From positions 968 through 64,967 of the forward strand of contig CAIMPC010000010.1 of assembly GCA_903843285.1 (NCBI GenBank): 64,000 nucleotides of DNA. The letters are read 5' to 3'. Of this stretch, positions 47,667-57,118 are shown piece after piece; position 1 is the first letter of the stretch; each line of letters begins with the position of its first letter. Below the pieces are notes generated by a model. The model was not told the origin of the DNA. It worked only from the letters and a program-made list of their open reading frames with translations, and ran no database searches. The stretch is from Candidatus Omnitrophota bacterium (GTDB taxonomy: Bacteria; Omnitrophota; Gorgyraeia; 2-01-FULL-45-10). The position numbers were made by a program, and so were the translations under genes.

Positions 47667-48488
47667 ATGATTAAATTCACTGTCGATATTTCGGAATGCG
47701 TTAGTTGCGGTTCGTGCGTAGCGATATGTCCGATCAAAATACTGGAGCTCGATGCCGAGAAACATCCTAAGGCTATCGAGGGACGTGAAGAGTATTGTAT
47801 TAATTGTGGCCATTGTGCATGCGTTTGCCCGAAGGGCGCGCTGTCGCTCGAATCGATGCCTATAGACGAGCTTAAGGAACTGCCCGAAGGCTGGCGCCTC
47901 TCACCGAAAGAGATAGAGCCATTCTTTAAAGGCCGCAGATCTATTCGTGCTTACAAAGAAGACCTGGTCGAGAAACCCGTAATAGAGAAGATTATAGATA
48001 TCGCCAGATATGCACCGTCCGGTATAAACCGTCAGTCGGTATATTGGGCTGTTGTTCACGATCCTAAGAAAGTCCAGGAGCTATCAGGGCTCACTATGGA
48101 GTGGGTGAAGACGTTTATAAATGAGAAGTCACCGATCGCCGAGTCACTGCGATTCGAGGGATTGGTTAAGTCTTGGGAGTCGGGTGAGGATCCTATCTGC
48201 CGCCACGCACCGCATGTGGCTATGGTATATGGCCTTAAGGAAGATATGCTTGCGCATGCGGCGTGCACCATCGCTATGGCCCACTTTGAACTGGTAGCGC
48301 TGCCGTTTGGGTTAGGTGCTTGCTGGGCGGGATATCTTCAGATGGCTTTGAGCGCGTATGCGCCGGCGCGAAAATCGGCCGGGCTATCATCTAAGATTAC
48401 CTGTCACGGTGCGATGTTATTTGGAAGACCGAAATACGAATTCAACTGCATACCCTCGAGAAACGACCCCAGAATTATCTGGCGCTGA
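47667..48488 (+). CDS. 4Fe-4S ferredoxin domain fused to nitroreductase-family domain
   Basis: Two CxxCxxCxxxCP clusters (CVSCGSCVAICP, CINCGHCACVCP), then the nitroreductase fold (RRSIRAYKED...APSGINRQS). The TTG start at 47649 in the ORF track was rejected in favour of the ATG. Confidence 0.8.
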   Translation: MIKFTVDISECVSCGSCVAICPIKILELDAEKHPKAIEGREEYCINCGHCACVCPKGALSLESMPIDELKELPEGWRLSPKEIEPFFKGRRSIRAYKEDLVEKPVIEKIIDIARYAPSGINRQSVYWAVVHDPKKVQELSGLTMEWVKTFINEKSPIAESLRFEGLVKSWESGEDPICRHAPHVAMVYGLKEDMLAHAACTIAMAHFELVALPFGLGACWAGYLQMALSAYAPARKSAGLSSKITCHGAMLFGRPKYEFNCIPSRNDPRIIWR

Positions 48489-48554
48489 CAAAAGCGGGAT
48501 GTAATCCTTGTCAGATATGCTGTAAGAGTAAGTAGTGGCAATTCAATATAAAAG

Positions 48555-48589
48555 ACCCTTACGTTATTTCGTGTGAGGGTTTTTTGTTT
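48555..48589 (+). terminator. probable rho-independent terminator
   Basis: Stem ACCCTTAC / GTGAGGGT (one mismatch), ~10-nt loop, then TTTTTGTTT. Lies 67 nt after the nitroreductase stop. Confidence 0.55.
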
Positions 48590-48866
48590 ACGAAATGGTT
48601 GAGACTATGATCCCGGCGCTATTGATTTAATGAACTGCTGTGTTATACTTAGCTCATGCCGAATATAATCACCAATAGTTATAAGATATTTGAAGAGAGT
48701 CTTCTTATTTTTCTCCTGGCGATTGTATATAACGTGATTAACAGCATATATGTTGCCTCACTATATCATTTTAAGACCACCGGAGAAGTGAGTGGCGGCT
48801 ATTCTGAAGAGACCATCCGGAATGCCGGATTATCTCGAAGATCTCGAGATTAAACAATGGGGGTAT

Positions 48867-50417
48867 ATGAAGAAATTATTTGCGCTCCTAATAGTATTGT
48901 CAATACTTCAGTCTGGCGCGATCTGCGCTGAGATTGCTTCTCCATCGGAGAAGGTAATGCAGCCGACAGCGGAGGAGTTTAGAAAGATATTATCTGATTT
49001 CGACGGATATGCGGCGAAGGCGATGGTCGATTGGAAGGTTCCGGGAATGGCTATCGGGATAGTCAGGGATGGTAATCTCGTATTTGCCAAAGGTTATGGC
49101 GTAAAGAGATCGGGCGGCAAAGATCCCGTTACGGAAAATACCATCTTCCAGATAGGTTCGACCACGAAAGCATTTACCGCGGTGCTGGCCTCCATGCTCG
49201 TTGATGAAAAGAAGTTTAAATGGGAAGATAAGGTCGTCGATCTCACGCCTGATTTCATGATGTACGATCCCTGGGTGACCAGGGAGTTCCAGGTCATCGA
49301 CCTGATGTCTCAACACAGCGGTATGCCGGCGTACGCAGCCGATTCACTGTATATGATGGGGTTTGACCGCGCATATGTAAGGAAGTCGGTACGCTATATC
49401 AAACCCGTAAGCAGTTTTCGTTCTAAGTTCGCTTATGTGAACAACTTATGGCTTGTGGCGGAAGAGATAATCGAAAAATACAGCGGCAAACCCTGGGAAC
49501 AGCTGCTCAAAGAGCGCATCTTCAATCCGTTAAAAATGACAAATTCCTCTGCGGATATGCAATCTTTTCTTAATGCGAAAGATGTCTCTTCACTGCATGA
49601 GTTGTCCGGTGATAAGGTGGCGGCCCTGCCTAAAAATTGGGAATTTCTTAGCTGGAGCTATGTCGCCGGACCAGCGGGATCGATCAACTCAAACATCGTC
49701 GACATGGCAAAATGGCTGATCTTCCAGATGAATAACGGAAAAGCCGACGATAAACAGCTCGTCTCCGTAGAGAATATGAACGTGATCCATTCGCCGAAGA
49801 CTGTGATAGGCCTGGGCGGTGAGGTGCAAAAGAATATATATTATTGCATGGGGTGGATATATCACGAGCACTCGCCGTATCCGATCATCTGGCATGACGG
49901 CGGCACCACTATGAGGACGATGATCGCATACGTCCCCGAACAAAAGATAGGTATAATAGTGCTCTCAAACTATGTTACGAATCTGCCGAATCTTCTGGCC
50001 TTCAGGTTTATCGACCAATATGCGCTAAAAAACCCGAAAGATTATAGCTCTGAAGGATTGGCCGAGATGGAGAAGATGAAGAGGGAAGAAAAGGCAAAGA
50101 GTCCTGTCCCGCCGAAAAGACGCATTGCACCAATAGCGCTGGAAAAGTATGCCGGAGCGTATTCCAGCGATATCTACGGTGATATAAATATCTCAGTCGT
50201 TGAAGGAAAACTGAACCTGGTTATTGGCCCCAAAAAGGTAACGGCGGTCCTCGCGCCATGGAATAAGGATATCTTTGCTGCAAAATGGCCGTTCTCCGAA
50301 TCGGATACCGAAACAGCATTCGCGATCTTTCATGTCGATCTGTGGGGCAATGTAACAGGTGTTACCCTCGATTCTTTAAATCAGGACGACGATCTCGGAG
50401 TCTTTAGACGAAAATAA
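48867..50417 (+). CDS. secreted serine hydrolase of the beta-lactamase/transpeptidase (class C / PBP-like) superfamily with C-terminal extension
   Basis: Signal peptide MKKLFALLIVLSILQSGAICA. SxxK motif FQIGSTTKAF. C-terminal ~120 aa lipocalin-like extension. Confidence 0.8.
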   Translation: MKKLFALLIVLSILQSGAICAEIASPSEKVMQPTAEEFRKILSDFDGYAAKAMVDWKVPGMAIGIVRDGNLVFAKGYGVKRSGGKDPVTENTIFQIGSTTKAFTAVLASMLVDEKKFKWEDKVVDLTPDFMMYDPWVTREFQVIDLMSQHSGMPAYAADSLYMMGFDRAYVRKSVRYIKPVSSFRSKFAYVNNLWLVAEEIIEKYSGKPWEQLLKERIFNPLKMTNSSADMQSFLNAKDVSSLHELSGDKVAALPKNWEFLSWSYVAGPAGSINSNIVDMAKWLIFQMNNGKADDKQLVSVENMNVIHSPKTVIGLGGEVQKNIYYCMGWIYHEHSPYPIIWHDGGTTMRTMIAYVPEQKIGIIVLSNYVTNLPNLLAFRFIDQYALKNPKDYSSEGLAEMEKMKREEKAKSPVPPKRRIAPIALEKYAGAYSSDIYGDINISVVEGKLNLVIGPKKVTAVLAPWNKDIFAAKWPFSESDTETAFAIFHVDLWGNVTGVTLDSLNQDDDLGVFRRK

Positions 50418-50467
50418 AAAAGGGTCTTAGAAGTTAGATAAAATAATCAACGAAAGAGGTAACATCA

Positions 50468-50605
50468 ATGTCAGATTGGCAACCCCGAGTTCAATGTCCT
50501 AAATGTGGGAGCACCGATACCCGTTTTATAGAGCCTCACCATGAAATATCCGTATACGAATGCAATGTTTGCGGGTGTAGATTTGAGGTCGAGGAAGAGC
50601 AGTAG
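50468..50605 (+). CDS. small zinc-ribbon protein (45 aa), not in ORF track
   Basis: MSDWQPRVQCPKCGSTDTRFIEPHHEISVYECNVCGCRFEVEEEQ. Two CxxC pairs. AAGAGG RBS 7 nt upstream. Confidence 0.5.
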   Translation: MSDWQPRVQCPKCGSTDTRFIEPHHEISVYECNVCGCRFEVEEEQ

Positions 50606-50679
50606 ATAAGGCTATTCTTAGGATGGCGGGTTGGCAAAAAAACCACCCCCAAATACCAAACTGAAAAAATAGATACATC

Positions 50680-51438
50680 ATGAAGAAACTGGCAATATTT
50701 TTATTGTGCATCTCCCTCCTCGCGTGGCCGACTGTCCTATTTTCAGCCGAAGAAGTTGTAAATATGAGTTACGCATGCCGAGATCTGAAAGGGGTCATCA
50801 GGTGGCGGGCCGAGGCCCAGATAAAAAATATCAGCCCCGGCATTTATCTTATGACCGAGAAGGTCCAGGGGATTTATTCTTCCTTTAATGGACAGATATC
50901 GTGGGTGGCCGAGATGAAGTTCGAACGTACGAAAGACAAGGTCAGGCCTATCAGCCTGGACAAGCGCATCTTCGATCAAAAAGGCAATGTGATCAGGCGC
51001 GAGAAACAGGATTTCGATCTCGCCGACAATACAGGCACCTGTACTCATGATGAGCCCCTCAGAAATATCTCTCGCACGAGAAAGTTTAAATTTAATAAGG
51101 ATGTCGTAACGCGACTGTCTTTAGGGTTTTACGCCCAGAAATTTCTCGAAAACGGTAAGACGAGTGAAAAGCTCCAGATGGTGAGTGAGGAACCAAATCT
51201 TTATAATATCGAGCTTAAGCGTATAGGAAAAGAGACTATAGAAGTTAAGGGCCGTAAAGTAGAGGCATATCGGCTATGTGTTGATCCGGATCTCGGGGCG
51301 CTTAGTTTTGTTAAAGTATTTCTGCCCAAATCTTATGCATGGCATTCGGCCGTGCCGAAATATGAATGGTTGGGTTACGCGGGGTTGGAGGGCGGCATCA
51401 ACTCCGAAAAAGTGGAAATATTTATAGAGAAATTATAG
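50680..51438 (+). CDS. hypothetical secreted protein (252 aa)
   Basis: Signal peptide MKKLAIFLLCISLLAWPTVLFSA. Beta-rich composition. No catalytic motif recognised. Confidence 0.55.
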   Translation: MKKLAIFLLCISLLAWPTVLFSAEEVVNMSYACRDLKGVIRWRAEAQIKNISPGIYLMTEKVQGIYSSFNGQISWVAEMKFERTKDKVRPISLDKRIFDQKGNVIRREKQDFDLADNTGTCTHDEPLRNISRTRKFKFNKDVVTRLSLGFYAQKFLENGKTSEKLQMVSEEPNLYNIELKRIGKETIEVKGRKVEAYRLCVDPDLGALSFVKVFLPKSYAWHSAVPKYEWLGYAGLEGGINSEKVEIFIEKL

Positions 51439-51617
51439 TAGAAAAACTTTCTGATATAATGGCGCCCTGCAAGATAGCGTAACGTCGTCAATCGTTATAT
51501 AGATGCCCGCCAAATAAATCAATAATAAGAACCAAATTTTAATCATAATCTCCTTGCAAATTTCCGGTATAGAGTATATACTTATTGGCAACAAGCTAAA
51601 AAAGGGGGTACGCAATT

Positions 51618-51911
51618 ATGAAGAAGATAGCAGTGGTGTTAGCAATAGCGGTGCTCGTAGCATACGCGATGCCGGTGTTTGCGGATGACGCATCAGGCGC
51701 GAAAAAGGTGAAGGAAAAGTCATTGTTCCAGATTTTCAGTAACGAGATCAATAGCAGTAAGATGCCCACCAGATTCGCTGTGAAGCCTGTCGCAAAAGAT
51801 ACGACAGAAGCAGCCAAGTACATCAGCGATAAAAAGGTAGGAGTGTTCCAGGATACGGCTAAAGCAATAGATGAACAATCTGTAAAAGCGAAGAACGAGT
51901 CGGCTCGGTAA
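51618..51911 (+). CDS. hypothetical small secreted protein (97 aa)
   Basis: Signal peptide MKKIAVVLAIAVLVAYAMPVFA. GGGGG RBS. Upstream TTGCAA-17-TATACT promoter-like box at ~51563-51591. Confidence 0.5.
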   Translation: MKKIAVVLAIAVLVAYAMPVFADDASGAKKVKEKSLFQIFSNEINSSKMPTRFAVKPVAKDTTEAAKYISDKKVGVFQDTAKAIDEQSVKAKNESAR

Positions 51912-51934
51912 CGGTAATTTTAATAATTAATCTT

Positions 51935-51973
51935 ATAAGGGCTCTGCCTATAATATTTAGACAGGGCCCTTAT
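51935..51973 (+). other. strong hairpin (possible terminator lacking a U-tract)
   Basis: ATAAGGGCTCTG / CAGGGCCCTTAT, a 12-bp stem with one mismatch and a 15-nt loop. Lies 24 nt after the stop of the 51618 gene. No T-run follows. Confidence 0.35.
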
Positions 51974-52034
51974 CTATACGACTAAAGAGGGGACGTATTA
52001 GCTTATGAGGAGACCGTTGCGAAATACAACTTCC

Positions 52035-52111
52035 GTCATTCTGAGGGAGGCTATCTGCCGACCGAAGAATCTAAAAGCGAGATCCTTCGTCGCTTCGCTC
52101 CTCAGGATGAC
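52035..52111 (+). repeat. hairpin repeat element copy 1 (77 bp) with terminal inverted repeats GTCATTCTGAGG...CCTCAGGATGAC
   Basis: Its first 40 nt are 39/40 identical to 56159-56198, and both copies end in CAGGATGAC. The ends are mutual reverse complements. Confidence 0.7.
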
Positions 52112-52175
52112 AATGGTCGCTTCTATCGTCATATTTACGTTGATTAGCACTAATTATTATGGAGATATTCAGGCA

Positions 52176-52655
52176 ATGGAAAACACGGTAGTAGTATTAG
52201 ATACCACCCAAGGCGCCATAGAGCTAACCCTTATGCCGGATGTCGCGCCGAAGGCTTGTGAGAATTTCGTAAAGCTGGTAGATAAGGGTTATTACAATGG
52301 CATTATATTCCACCGCGTAATTCCCGAGTTCATGATACAAGGCGGGGATCCCACCGGAACGGGTAGGGGAGGATCGTCGGTCTGGGGAAAACCATTCGTC
52401 GATGAGGTGCGAAAAGACGTACAGTTTGAAAGAGCCGGCGTCCTGGCCATGGCTAACTCCGGGCCGAGCACGAACGGCAGTCAGTTCTTCATTACCACAG
52501 CCGAGACCTCGTGGTTAAATATGCGTCACACGATATTCGGACGCGTTACAGCAGGCTACGATGTGGTGCAGAAGATAGAGAATACTCCGACCGGTCCCGG
52601 GGATAAACCTTTAGCCGAGCAAAAGATAATAAAGGCGCACGTCAAGACGAAGTAG
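52176..52655 (+). CDS. ppiB: cyclophilin-type peptidyl-prolyl cis-trans isomerase
   Basis: FHRVIPEFMIQGGDP, SVWGKPF, LAMANSGPSTNGSQFFIT. Start taken at MENTVVV with GGAG 12 nt upstream. The ORF-track start at 52005 runs through the repeat element and was rejected. Confidence 0.85.
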   Translation: MENTVVVLDTTQGAIELTLMPDVAPKACENFVKLVDKGYYNGIIFHRVIPEFMIQGGDPTGTGRGGSSVWGKPFVDEVRKDVQFERAGVLAMANSGPSTNGSQFFITTAETSWLNMRHTIFGRVTAGYDVVQKIENTPTGPGDKPLAEQKIIKAHVKTK

Positions 52656-52660
52656 GATCA

Positions 52661-54727
52661 ATGGATATTAAGCTGTCTAAAGAAAAGGCCGCTATCTTAG
52701 ATACCATCTTGACCTGTATGCGCATTGCGGTAAAGAACAGCTCTCTATTTCCTCCCGGCCACCCATCCTTCGATTCCTCTATGAAGTCCTTCAAATCCGC
52801 AATTGACAAATGGCTTATTTCTGAAGAGAGATTTACCATAGGGGTATCTTCGGATAATATTCTGTTAAACGGCGAGTTTGTAAAAGAGGGTAGTGATCTC
52901 TATGGAGAGATAGCGAGTTATCTCCATCCGAGGGGAATAATCGCCATCTCGTTTTTAAGAAATATAGATATCGACGAGATTTCACAATTCTTCGCCTTCC
53001 TTAAGAATGATGTTGAAGTGCTCTCCAGAAGGGGTGGCGTGGCAAAGAATATTCCGGCCTCCCCCCACCTGATCATTAAGGAGATAGATTACAGCTCCAT
53101 TCTTACGAGCGCTAAATCAGACAGTGGATTAGATGAGAAGGGGATGTGGAGGGCGCTTACCGGTATAGATCAAGGCCTTAAGGGTGGTAGTCTTCCTGAA
53201 TCAAAAGTCGAATTCATAAAAGATTTCTTAAAGGATCCTAAGGCCTCCGCGCATGTTATCAATAAAATTTACAGGCAGGCTATCGCCGGGCTTAATGAGA
53301 GATCGTCTGCCGATGAGATTAAGGGTGTCCTGGCCCGGATAAACAGGTATTTTGAGGCGCATCCTAAGGATGGTCTGGAGGATGCAAAGAAAGGAATCGC
53401 CGGTATAATATCGAAGCTCGATCCTATGCTTGTGGCCGGCCTATTTAAAGAGTCCGGTAACAGTGAAGACACGGGTGAACTATCGGAGGAGCTTTTTAGG
53501 GGAATGGGCGATGAAGGCATAGCCGACTTCATAGTGTCGCTTATCCAGAGTGAAAATACGGTTAACGAAAATTTTATAAAATTGTTCAATAAATTATCGT
53601 CGAAGAAAGAAGCTCCGAGTGCCGTGGCCGGACTGGTGGCGGACAAGATGTTCGATAAGGGGCTTATCAATCCGGGCATGCTATTGGCTCTTCAATTATC
53701 GATTAAGGATCTCTTCGAAGATCATCCCGAAAATGATTTCATCTCGCAGATATATAAGATGACTGTGAGTGCACTGGTCGATGATGGGGTCTCCGCCGGC
53801 GAGCGCTCATCGACATATTCTCAGATGGCTAAAGAGTATGAGGCATTTATTCAGGATGAGAATTTAAAATGCGAAAGAATAAGGCTCCTGCTTAATATCT
53901 TATGGTACGAGAACGATCTGTCGGGATTTCAAAAGATTTGCGCGATGATTAAAGATTGTTTATATGAAATAATCGATATTAAACATACCCGTTACCTGCG
54001 TGAGATGTTCGAGCTATTTACCGAAAAGTTAAGACCCGAGCAGTTAAACGATAGTGCGATAGGCTCGGAAGTGAAGAAAATATTAGATGAGATAGGTGAT
54101 GCCAAGGTTATAGACAGATTAATTTCGTTTATTCCCAATGCGGAACATGACGCGATAAAGAACATAGGATTTATTCTTAGCAAAGCCGAAGATCGAGCTA
54201 TAGAGCCGCTATTGGACTTATTTTTTGCCCCGGAGGGAGTTGAATGCAAAGAGAAGATAGCGCAACTTTTATTCAGCTTAGGTGAAAAGGCAAGATCGGC
54301 ATTCACTGGTAGGGTCGGTAATATAGTGGCCGGTAAGCCGGTATCAATTATGGTGCAGGAGATGAAAGATATATTAAAGATGATGGATGCGCAGTCGGCT
54401 TGCGCTTTGAGTTCTGAGACGATTGATAAATTATTCAATAAGTTGGACAAAACTTTTGGCGGCAGGGCGCATATGCGTGACCTGATAAAATTATGCGGAG
54501 ATTTTAAGATCCCGGCGTCAATACCCCATCTCGGAAAGATGGTCGCAAAAAGACATTTCTTCAATACAAAAGCCGTCGATCGGATACGTCTCGAGGCTGT
54601 CATCAGCCTGGGCAGGATAGGAACTCCCGAGGCATTGGAATATGTGAAGAAGGCATCCGGCGACAGAAGTCGATCGGTAAGGGCGATGTGCAGTGTAGTA
54701 TTAAGATCGTTTCAAAAAGGTTTATAG
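52661..54727 (+). CDS. DUF3391-like N-terminal domain protein with C-terminal HEAT repeats
   Basis: N-terminus is paralogous to that of the downstream HD-GYP protein (FTIGVSSDNILLNGEF...IAISFL versus ITIGVIGNEIAFDKEP...KISFL). C-terminal PBS-lyase-type HEAT repeats (EAVISLGRIGTPEALEYVKKASGDRSRSVRAMCSVVL). Confidence 0.6.
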   Translation: MDIKLSKEKAAILDTILTCMRIAVKNSSLFPPGHPSFDSSMKSFKSAIDKWLISEERFTIGVSSDNILLNGEFVKEGSDLYGEIASYLHPRGIIAISFLRNIDIDEISQFFAFLKNDVEVLSRRGGVAKNIPASPHLIIKEIDYSSILTSAKSDSGLDEKGMWRALTGIDQGLKGGSLPESKVEFIKDFLKDPKASAHVINKIYRQAIAGLNERSSADEIKGVLARINRYFEAHPKDGLEDAKKGIAGIISKLDPMLVAGLFKESGNSEDTGELSEELFRGMGDEGIADFIVSLIQSENTVNENFIKLFNKLSSKKEAPSAVAGLVADKMFDKGLINPGMLLALQLSIKDLFEDHPENDFISQIYKMTVSALVDDGVSAGERSSTYSQMAKEYEAFIQDENLKCERIRLLLNILWYENDLSGFQKICAMIKDCLYEIIDIKHTRYLREMFELFTEKLRPEQLNDSAIGSEVKKILDEIGDAKVIDRLISFIPNAEHDAIKNIGFILSKAEDRAIEPLLDLFFAPEGVECKEKIAQLLFSLGEKARSAFTGRVGNIVAGKPVSIMVQEMKDILKMMDAQSACALSSETIDKLFNKLDKTFGGRAHMRDLIKLCGDFKIPASIPHLGKMVAKRHFFNTKAVDRIRLEAVISLGRIGTPEALEYVKKASGDRSRSVRAMCSVVLRSFQKGL

Positions 54728-56125
54728 ATGGAACGAGATGATGTAAGGACGATAGTCGGGGATTTCATAAAAGAGCTGGTAGGCGCTATACAGAAGAGAG
54801 GCTTGTATGGCGAGCGCCACGATCTGACTAAGGCCGCTATGGCTGAGCTTTATGTAAAATTACGGGAAGCATTGTCGCTTATGCCGGAGATAACTATAGG
54901 TGTAATAGGTAATGAGATAGCCTTCGATAAAGAACCGTTTTACGAGGATAGTAAAAATATTTCCGGCCTGATCGGACGTTTTCAGAAGATGAAGATTGAG
55001 AAGATCAGCTTCCTGAATGCCGTAGAGAAGAGCGAGCTCGCATCCTTCGTTGAAATAATTGCCGAGCCCGCCGATGGCATAACGAAATCCGTATCCTTAA
55101 CGGAGGTTTTCGGATCTAAAGGAATAGTCAATATAGTTATCGGGGTGATAGGCGAAGGGGATAAAACAGCGGAGGAGACGCACACAGAAAATATATACGA
55201 GGCGGTTAAGGACAATTTTCGCGATGGCATAGATTATTTAAAGAGAACAATGGATGACATCAGTAATAACCGGTCCATCGATATAAGGGCGGCGCGTTTC
55301 TTTGTGAATAAACTCGTAGGCAACCTGCTAAAGAATAAGAACCTGCTTTTAATCCTTACCACGCTTAAGAAGAGGGACGATTTAACGTTTGTACACTGCA
55401 TGAATGTTTCCATACTTACGCTGGCCCAGGCCGAGACGCTGGGCATAGATCAGTCGCTATTGCCGGACATAGGAGTGGCGGGGCTTCTGCATGATACCGG
55501 AAAGCTGGCCGTAGAGGCGAGTATATTAAAAAAGGGCGGGAAGCTCGATTCCGATGAGATCGAAAAGATGCATTCTCACTCTATTGACGGGGCAAAGATA
55601 TTGCTCGAGACCTCGGGGCTTTCTACAATGGCCGCAATATCTGCATTTGAGCACCATGTACGTTACGATATGCAGGGGTATCCTACCAAACTATTCGGCA
55701 AAAAAATTAACCTCGCAAGCATGATGATAGCGATAGCCGACGTATACGATGCGATCAGAAATAAGAGGCATTATCATGTGGCGCGCGCACCTGAAGAGGT
55801 GTATGATGAAATGATTAAACTCTCCGGCACCCATTTTCATCCGGGACTCCTGGAGATGTTCTTTAAGACCGTTGGCGTGTATCCTCCCGGGACATTAGTA
55901 GAGCTGGATACGAGTGAGACGGGCATAGTCATTAAAGAAAGTTTTGTAGATATTATAAGGCCGCAGGTGGAAATATTGTATAATAGGCAAGGAAGAAAAG
56001 AGCTCGCGCCTTATATCGTTAATCTATTGGAAAAGGGTACCGGAAGCGCATATAAGAGGACAATAATCAGATCTGTGGCAATCTCTGATGAGCATCAGAT
56101 TCCGGCGAACTATAATCCAAATTAA
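54728..56125 (+). CDS. HD-GYP domain c-di-GMP phosphodiesterase with DUF3391-like N-domain
   Basis: HD motif GLLHDTGKL. HD-GYP signature HHVRYDMQGYP. Starts 1 nt after the previous stop. Confidence 0.8.
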   Translation: MERDDVRTIVGDFIKELVGAIQKRGLYGERHDLTKAAMAELYVKLREALSLMPEITIGVIGNEIAFDKEPFYEDSKNISGLIGRFQKMKIEKISFLNAVEKSELASFVEIIAEPADGITKSVSLTEVFGSKGIVNIVIGVIGEGDKTAEETHTENIYEAVKDNFRDGIDYLKRTMDDISNNRSIDIRAARFFVNKLVGNLLKNKNLLLILTTLKKRDDLTFVHCMNVSILTLAQAETLGIDQSLLPDIGVAGLLHDTGKLAVEASILKKGGKLDSDEIEKMHSHSIDGAKILLETSGLSTMAAISAFEHHVRYDMQGYPTKLFGKKINLASMMIAIADVYDAIRNKRHYHVARAPEEVYDEMIKLSGTHFHPGLLEMFFKTVGVYPPGTLVELDTSETGIVIKESFVDIIRPQVEILYNRQGRKELAPYIVNLLEKGTGSAYKRTIIRSVAISDEHQIPANYNPN

Positions 56126-56158
56126 GTGTAATGGATTATCATAAGAAAGGACCAATTT

Positions 56159-56248
56159 GTCATTCTGAGGGAGGCTATCGGCCGACCGAAGAATCTAAGC
56201 ATTCAGATCCTTCACCCGCCACTAAAGCTTAGGCGGGTTCAGGATGAC
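56159..56248 (+). repeat. hairpin repeat element copy 2 (90 bp)
   Basis: Begins GTCATTCTGAGGGAGGCTATCGGCCGACCGAAGAATCTAA and ends TTCAGGATGAC. Contains an inner perfect 7-bp hairpin ACCCGCC...GGCGGGT. Confidence 0.7.
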
Positions 56249-56282
56249 GTAATTTGGGCGGTAGTGAAAATAATTTTAACTC

Positions 56283-57020
56283 ATGAAGGGGGTTATGAAA
56301 TTACTATTATCATTATGGATATGGGCCGCAGGCATATGCGTGACCATAGTTACATTTCTCGTTAGCCTGATTCTTTCGATAGCGCTCTGCAGGCATCCGG
56401 ATAAGGAGAAGATAGTACACGCCCAATGTTACTGGTGGTCGGATTGGCTAGTGGTCCTAAATCCTTTCTGGAAGATAAACGTGAAAGGGCTTGAGAATAT
56501 AGATAAATCCGAGACTTATGTAATGGTTGCCAATCATCAGAGTCTTGCCGATATAGTATTAATATATCAGATACGCACGTATTTTAAATGGGTAGCGAAG
56601 GAAGAGCTGTTAAAAGTACCGTTTATCGGCGGGCTTCTAAGAATTAATAACCACATAATGCTTGCCAGAGGAGATTTTGGAAGCATAAAGATTGCCTACC
56701 GTAAAGCCGCCGAATATCTGCGCTCAGGCATATCCATGATCTTCTTTCCCGAGGGGACACGAAGTGAAACGAACCAGATGGGTGAGTTTCAGAACGGGGC
56801 ATTCAAGCTTGCCATACGAGAGCGGAAGAGGGTTTTGCCGATATACATAGGCGGGTGCAGAGAGGCTATTCCAAAGGGCGGATTTATCTTCAATTCTAAT
56901 GTCGTCGGAAGGGTAGAGGTCCTGCCTCCTATAGATACGGCGACTTTAGATATATCAGAGTACGGTGCATTAAGGGACCGTGTACGTAGCGAGCTATTGA
57001 AGGCCGCCTCAGCCAAATAA
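56283..57020 (+). CDS. lysophospholipid acyltransferase (PlsC family), third copy in window
   Basis: ANHQSLADIVLIY (HX4D) and FPEGTRS. The internal ATG at 56295 has the better RBS (GAAGGGGG) and may be the true start. Confidence 0.75.
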   Translation: MKGVMKLLLSLWIWAAGICVTIVTFLVSLILSIALCRHPDKEKIVHAQCYWWSDWLVVLNPFWKINVKGLENIDKSETYVMVANHQSLADIVLIYQIRTYFKWVAKEELLKVPFIGGLLRINNHIMLARGDFGSIKIAYRKAAEYLRSGISMIFFPEGTRSETNQMGEFQNGAFKLAIRERKRVLPIYIGGCREAIPKGGFIFNSNVVGRVEVLPPIDTATLDISEYGALRDRVRSELLKAASAK

Positions 57021-57118
57021 GAGAGAAGAAAATTTTTCTCTTGAGGGTGGATTTAAAAAAAGCTATTATAAGTGTCTCGAGGCACTGATAATAATATAAA
57101 TTCGAAGGAGCGACGAAG

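Noticed and set aside
48656-48853. 65-aa ORF upstream of the serine hydrolase gene, and the ORF-track start of the hydrolase at 48792
   Set aside because: There is no RBS or motif. The real hydrolase start is the ATG at 48867, which gives a textbook signal peptide; the upstream ORF and extension are probably non-coding.
50606-50650. GGGTTGG-CAAAAAAA-CCACCCC hairpin after the 45-aa zinc-ribbon ORF as a terminator
   Set aside because: The stem is short with a mismatch, the A-run is in the loop, and no T-tract follows on either strand.
52005-52175. 57-codon N-terminal extension of the cyclophilin ORF (MRRPLRNTTSVILREAICRPKN...)
   Set aside because: The extension is the translation of the hairpin repeat element that also occurs in non-coding context at 56159-56248. 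The GGAG-supported ATG at 52176 gives a canonical cyclophilin N-terminus.
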